Positions 61,001 to 64,000 of a stretch of 64,000 nt of DNA are shown here, one piece after another; the stretch's first letter is position 1; each line of letters opens with the position of its first letter. This DNA is from Neoechinorhynchus agilis (Eukaryota > Animalia > Acanthocephala). The position numbers and the translations under genes were made by a program. The stretch is from NCBI GenBank assembly GCA_051530055.1, contig CM121341.1, forward strand, positions 9,836,784-9,900,783, read 5' to 3'. The notes under the pieces were generated by a model. The model ran no database searches. It saw only the letters and a list, made by a program, of their open reading frames with translations, and was not told where the DNA came from.

Positions 61001-63063
61001 GACTAGATTTCTTGATCGGCTTTGTATTCCATCAAATGCCCGACGACACACATTTACAATTTCGTGTTTCTTCGACCGAAATAGTCCTCCCTTAGACAGT
61101 GGCAAGAAAACAACGCGGTTGTTAAAAAATGCGGCTAGATTTCTTGATCGGCTTTGTATCTCATTAAATGCCCGACGACACACATTTACAATTTCGTGTT
61201 TCTTCGACCGAAATCCCAGTCCTCCCTTAGACAGTGGCAAGAAAACAACGCGATTGTTAAAAAAATGCGGCTAGATTTCTTGATCGGCTTTGTATCTCAT
61301 TGAATGCCCGACGACACACATTTACAATTTCGTGTTTCCTCGACCGAAATCTTAGTCCTCCTTTAGGACAGTGGCAAGAAAACAACGCGGTTGTTTGAAA
61401 AATGCGGCTAGATTTCTTGATCGGCTTCGTATCTCATTAAATGCCCGACGACACACATTCACAATTTCGTGTTTCCTCGACCGAAATCTTAGTCCTCCTT
61501 AGACAGTGCCAAGAAAGCAACGCGATTGTTTAAAAATGCGGCTAGATTTGTTGATCGGCTTCGTATCTCATTAAATGCCCGACGACACACATTTACAATT
61601 TCGTGTTTCTTCGACCGAAATCCCAGTCCTCCTGTAGACAGTGGCAAGAAAACAACGCGGTTGTTTGAAAAATGCGGCTAGATTTCTTGATCGGCTTCGT
61701 ATCTCATTAAATGCCCGACGACACACATTTACAATTCCGTGTTTCTTCGACCGAAATCCTAGTCCACCTTTAGACAGTGGCAAGAAAACAACGCGATTGT
61801 TTAAAAAATGCGACTAGATTTCTTGATCGGCTTTGTATCTCATCAAATGCCCGACGACACACATTTACAATTTCGTGTTTCTTCGACCGAAATCTTAGTC
61901 CTCCTTTAGACAGTGGCAAGAAAACAACGCGGTTGTTAAAAAATGCGGCTAGATTTCTTGATCGGCTTTGTATCTCATTAAATGCCCGACGACACACATT
62001 TACAATTCCGTGTTTCTTCGACCGAAATCCTAGTCCTCCTTTGGACAGTGGCAAGAAAACAACGCGGTTGTTAAAAAATGCGGCTAGATTTCTTGATCGG
62101 CTTTGTATCTCATTAAATGCCCGACGACACACATTTACAATTTCGTGTTTCCTCGACCGAAATCTTAGTCCTCCTTTAGACAGTGGCAAGAAAACAACGC
62201 GGTTGTTAAAAAATGCGGCTAGATTTCTTGATCGGCTTTGTATCTCATTAAATGCCCGACGACACACATTTACAATTTCGTGTTTCCTCGACCGAAATCC
62301 TAGTCCTCCTTTAGACAGTGGCAAGAAAACAACGCGGTTGTTAAAAAATGCGGCTAGATTTCTTGATCGGCTTTGTATCTCATTAAATGCCCGACGACAC
62401 ACATTTACAATTTCGTGTTTCCTCGACCGAAATCTTAGTCCTCCTTTAGACAGTGGCAAGAAAACAACGCGGTTGTTAAAAAATGCGGCTAGATTTCTTG
62501 ATCGGCTTTGTATCTCATTAAATGCCCGACGACACACATTTACAATTTCGTGTTTCTTCGACCGAAATCTTAGTCCTCCTTTAGACAGTGGCAAGAAAAC
62601 AACGCGGTTGTTAAAAAAAATGCGGCTAGATTTCTTGATCGGCTTTGTATCTCATTAAATGCCCGACGACACACATTTACAATTTCGTGTTTCTTTGACC
62701 GAAATCTTAGTCCTCCTTTTAGACAGTGGCAAGAAAACAACGCGGTTGTTAAAAAATGCGGCTAGATTTCTTGATCGGCTTTGTATCTCATTAAATGCCC
62801 GACGACACACATTTACAATTTCGTGTTTCCTCGACCGAAATCCTAGTCCTCCTTTAGACAGTGGCAAGAAAACAACGCGGTTGTTAAAAAAATGCGGCTA
62901 GATTTCTTGATCGGCTTTGTATCTCATTAAATGCCCGACGATACACATTTACAATTTCGTGTTTCCTCGACCGAAATCTTAGTCCTCCTTTTGACAGTGG
63001 CAAGAAAACAACGCGAATGTTTAAAAAATGCGGCTAGATTTCTTGATCGGCTTTGTATCTCAT
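55020..63063. repeat. Satellite III: 135-bp unit x about 60
   Basis: gatttcttgatcggctttgtatctcattaaatgcccgacgacacac recurs every about 135 nt; the unit is open on both strands (45-aa repeats). Confidence 0.98.
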
Positions 63064-63569
63064 AAATATGTTTCTTAGGAATACGCGTGGGACTTGTTCA
63101 AAATTACTTGTAAGTTTTCTACTATCTAAACCCGTTTTCCCACGCATTTATCTCGCCCTCATCAAAACAAATTATAGACAGCATATCTACTCCAAGAAAG
63201 ACCGAAAGTAGTCTTTTTATATGAGGGAAATGGACTCAAATGACTTCAAAAAAAGCTGATATTCTCATCATCACTAAGTCCAATTATCACACTTAAACAT
63301 AGTTTCCGTGTATTTCACATTGACTAATAAAACCGATAAATAAACGAGAAATTTTTTTTAGCTTGTATATGGTAACATGAGCTCAAACTTCCAGTAATCA
63401 TTTACTGTTCGAATCAAATAAATTTTCTAAATTGTGGGTAAGCAACAACTAGCTTGCTACCTTCTACCCATTGCTTTTCACCTTGTAGCATCTCCTATGA
63501 TAAAGGCAAACCAACACACATTGGTGCTCGATATACAAAATATTGTTCCTGGCTCCTAACACCAAACCA

Positions 63570-64000
63570 ATGAGTCAGGAGAGGGTGACAACCGAACAGA
63601 ATCAATCGGATAACCAACGAGCCCGAAGGTCCAATCCATGGGGCCAGTTATCATATGAGGATTTGATAGTAGCAGCCATCAATAGTAGTCCCGAAGAACA
63701 ATTGTCAACAAAGCAAATCTGCAAATATTTATGTGATAATTTTCCGTATTTTGCAGAGCGTAGAAAAGGTGCAATTGCAAAAAATTTGAAGGTAGCAAAA
63801 CGATGTTATAAGAAAACGTTTTCATTGTAATTCATTTTTAGACTTCAGTAAGACATAAGTTGTCCGGTTCCCGTAGATTTATCCGAGTGCCAATTCCGAA
63901 CAAACCGAAAATATCTCATTGGCGAATTGATAAAAATTACAGAAGATACCAAGGAAGGCAAAAGAACAGAAATCCTACAGGAGTGGATCAGCAAGCTTCC
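63570..64000 (+). CDS. FOXO: FoxO-like forkhead transcription factor (partial, runs off window)
   Basis: Exon 63570-63791 RRSNPWGQLSYEDLIVAAINSSPEEQLS (FoxO: [27 protein letters not shown]); GT-AG intron 63792-63841; exon 2 TSVRHKLS..RFIRV..SHW. Confidence 0.85.

Noticed and set aside
31976-63063. CRISPR-like interpretation of the regular arrays
   Set aside because: The units are contiguous with no unique spacers, there are no cas genes, and the context is eukaryotic.

Overview
Eukaryotic (metazoan) AT-rich, gene-dense genomic DNA from a compact, fast-evolving genome with short GT-AG introns (about 45-60 nt); the organism cannot be named from the sequence. Recognisable genes: C20orf27/ADISSP, two DHRS7-type SDRs, LSM10, ATG8, TPR/Mlp1, YIF1, MRPS12, an adrenodoxin-type ferredoxin and a FoxO-like forkhead gene running off the right edge. 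Strongly diverged members of conserved families include a COQ7-like protein with no histidine, an MDH2-like gene with catalytic His replaced by Cys and frame disruptions, a TFIIB-like protein with no recognisable N-terminal ribbon/B-reader, and a 4-exon TFIIA-large-subunit-like gene. There are two paralogous Arg-rich proteins with duplicated CHTOP/ALYREF-type UAP56-binding motifs. Between the genes lie decayed RTE, CR1/L2, CRE and Penelope-like retroelements (one with a minimal hammerhead ribozyme), piggyBac-like relics, foldback/MITE hairpins and three large locus-specific satellites (about 181 bp x24, 221 bp x9, 135 bp x60). The most interesting signals are the cluster of divergent basal-transcription and mRNA-export factors beside satellites, AG acceptors directly before many start codons plus a 17-nt head-to-head gap (possible SL trans-splicing), the apparent pseudo-enzymes, the hammerhead, and a satellite built from a LINE-like reading frame. 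All family assignments are by manual motif comparison from memory; no searches were run.
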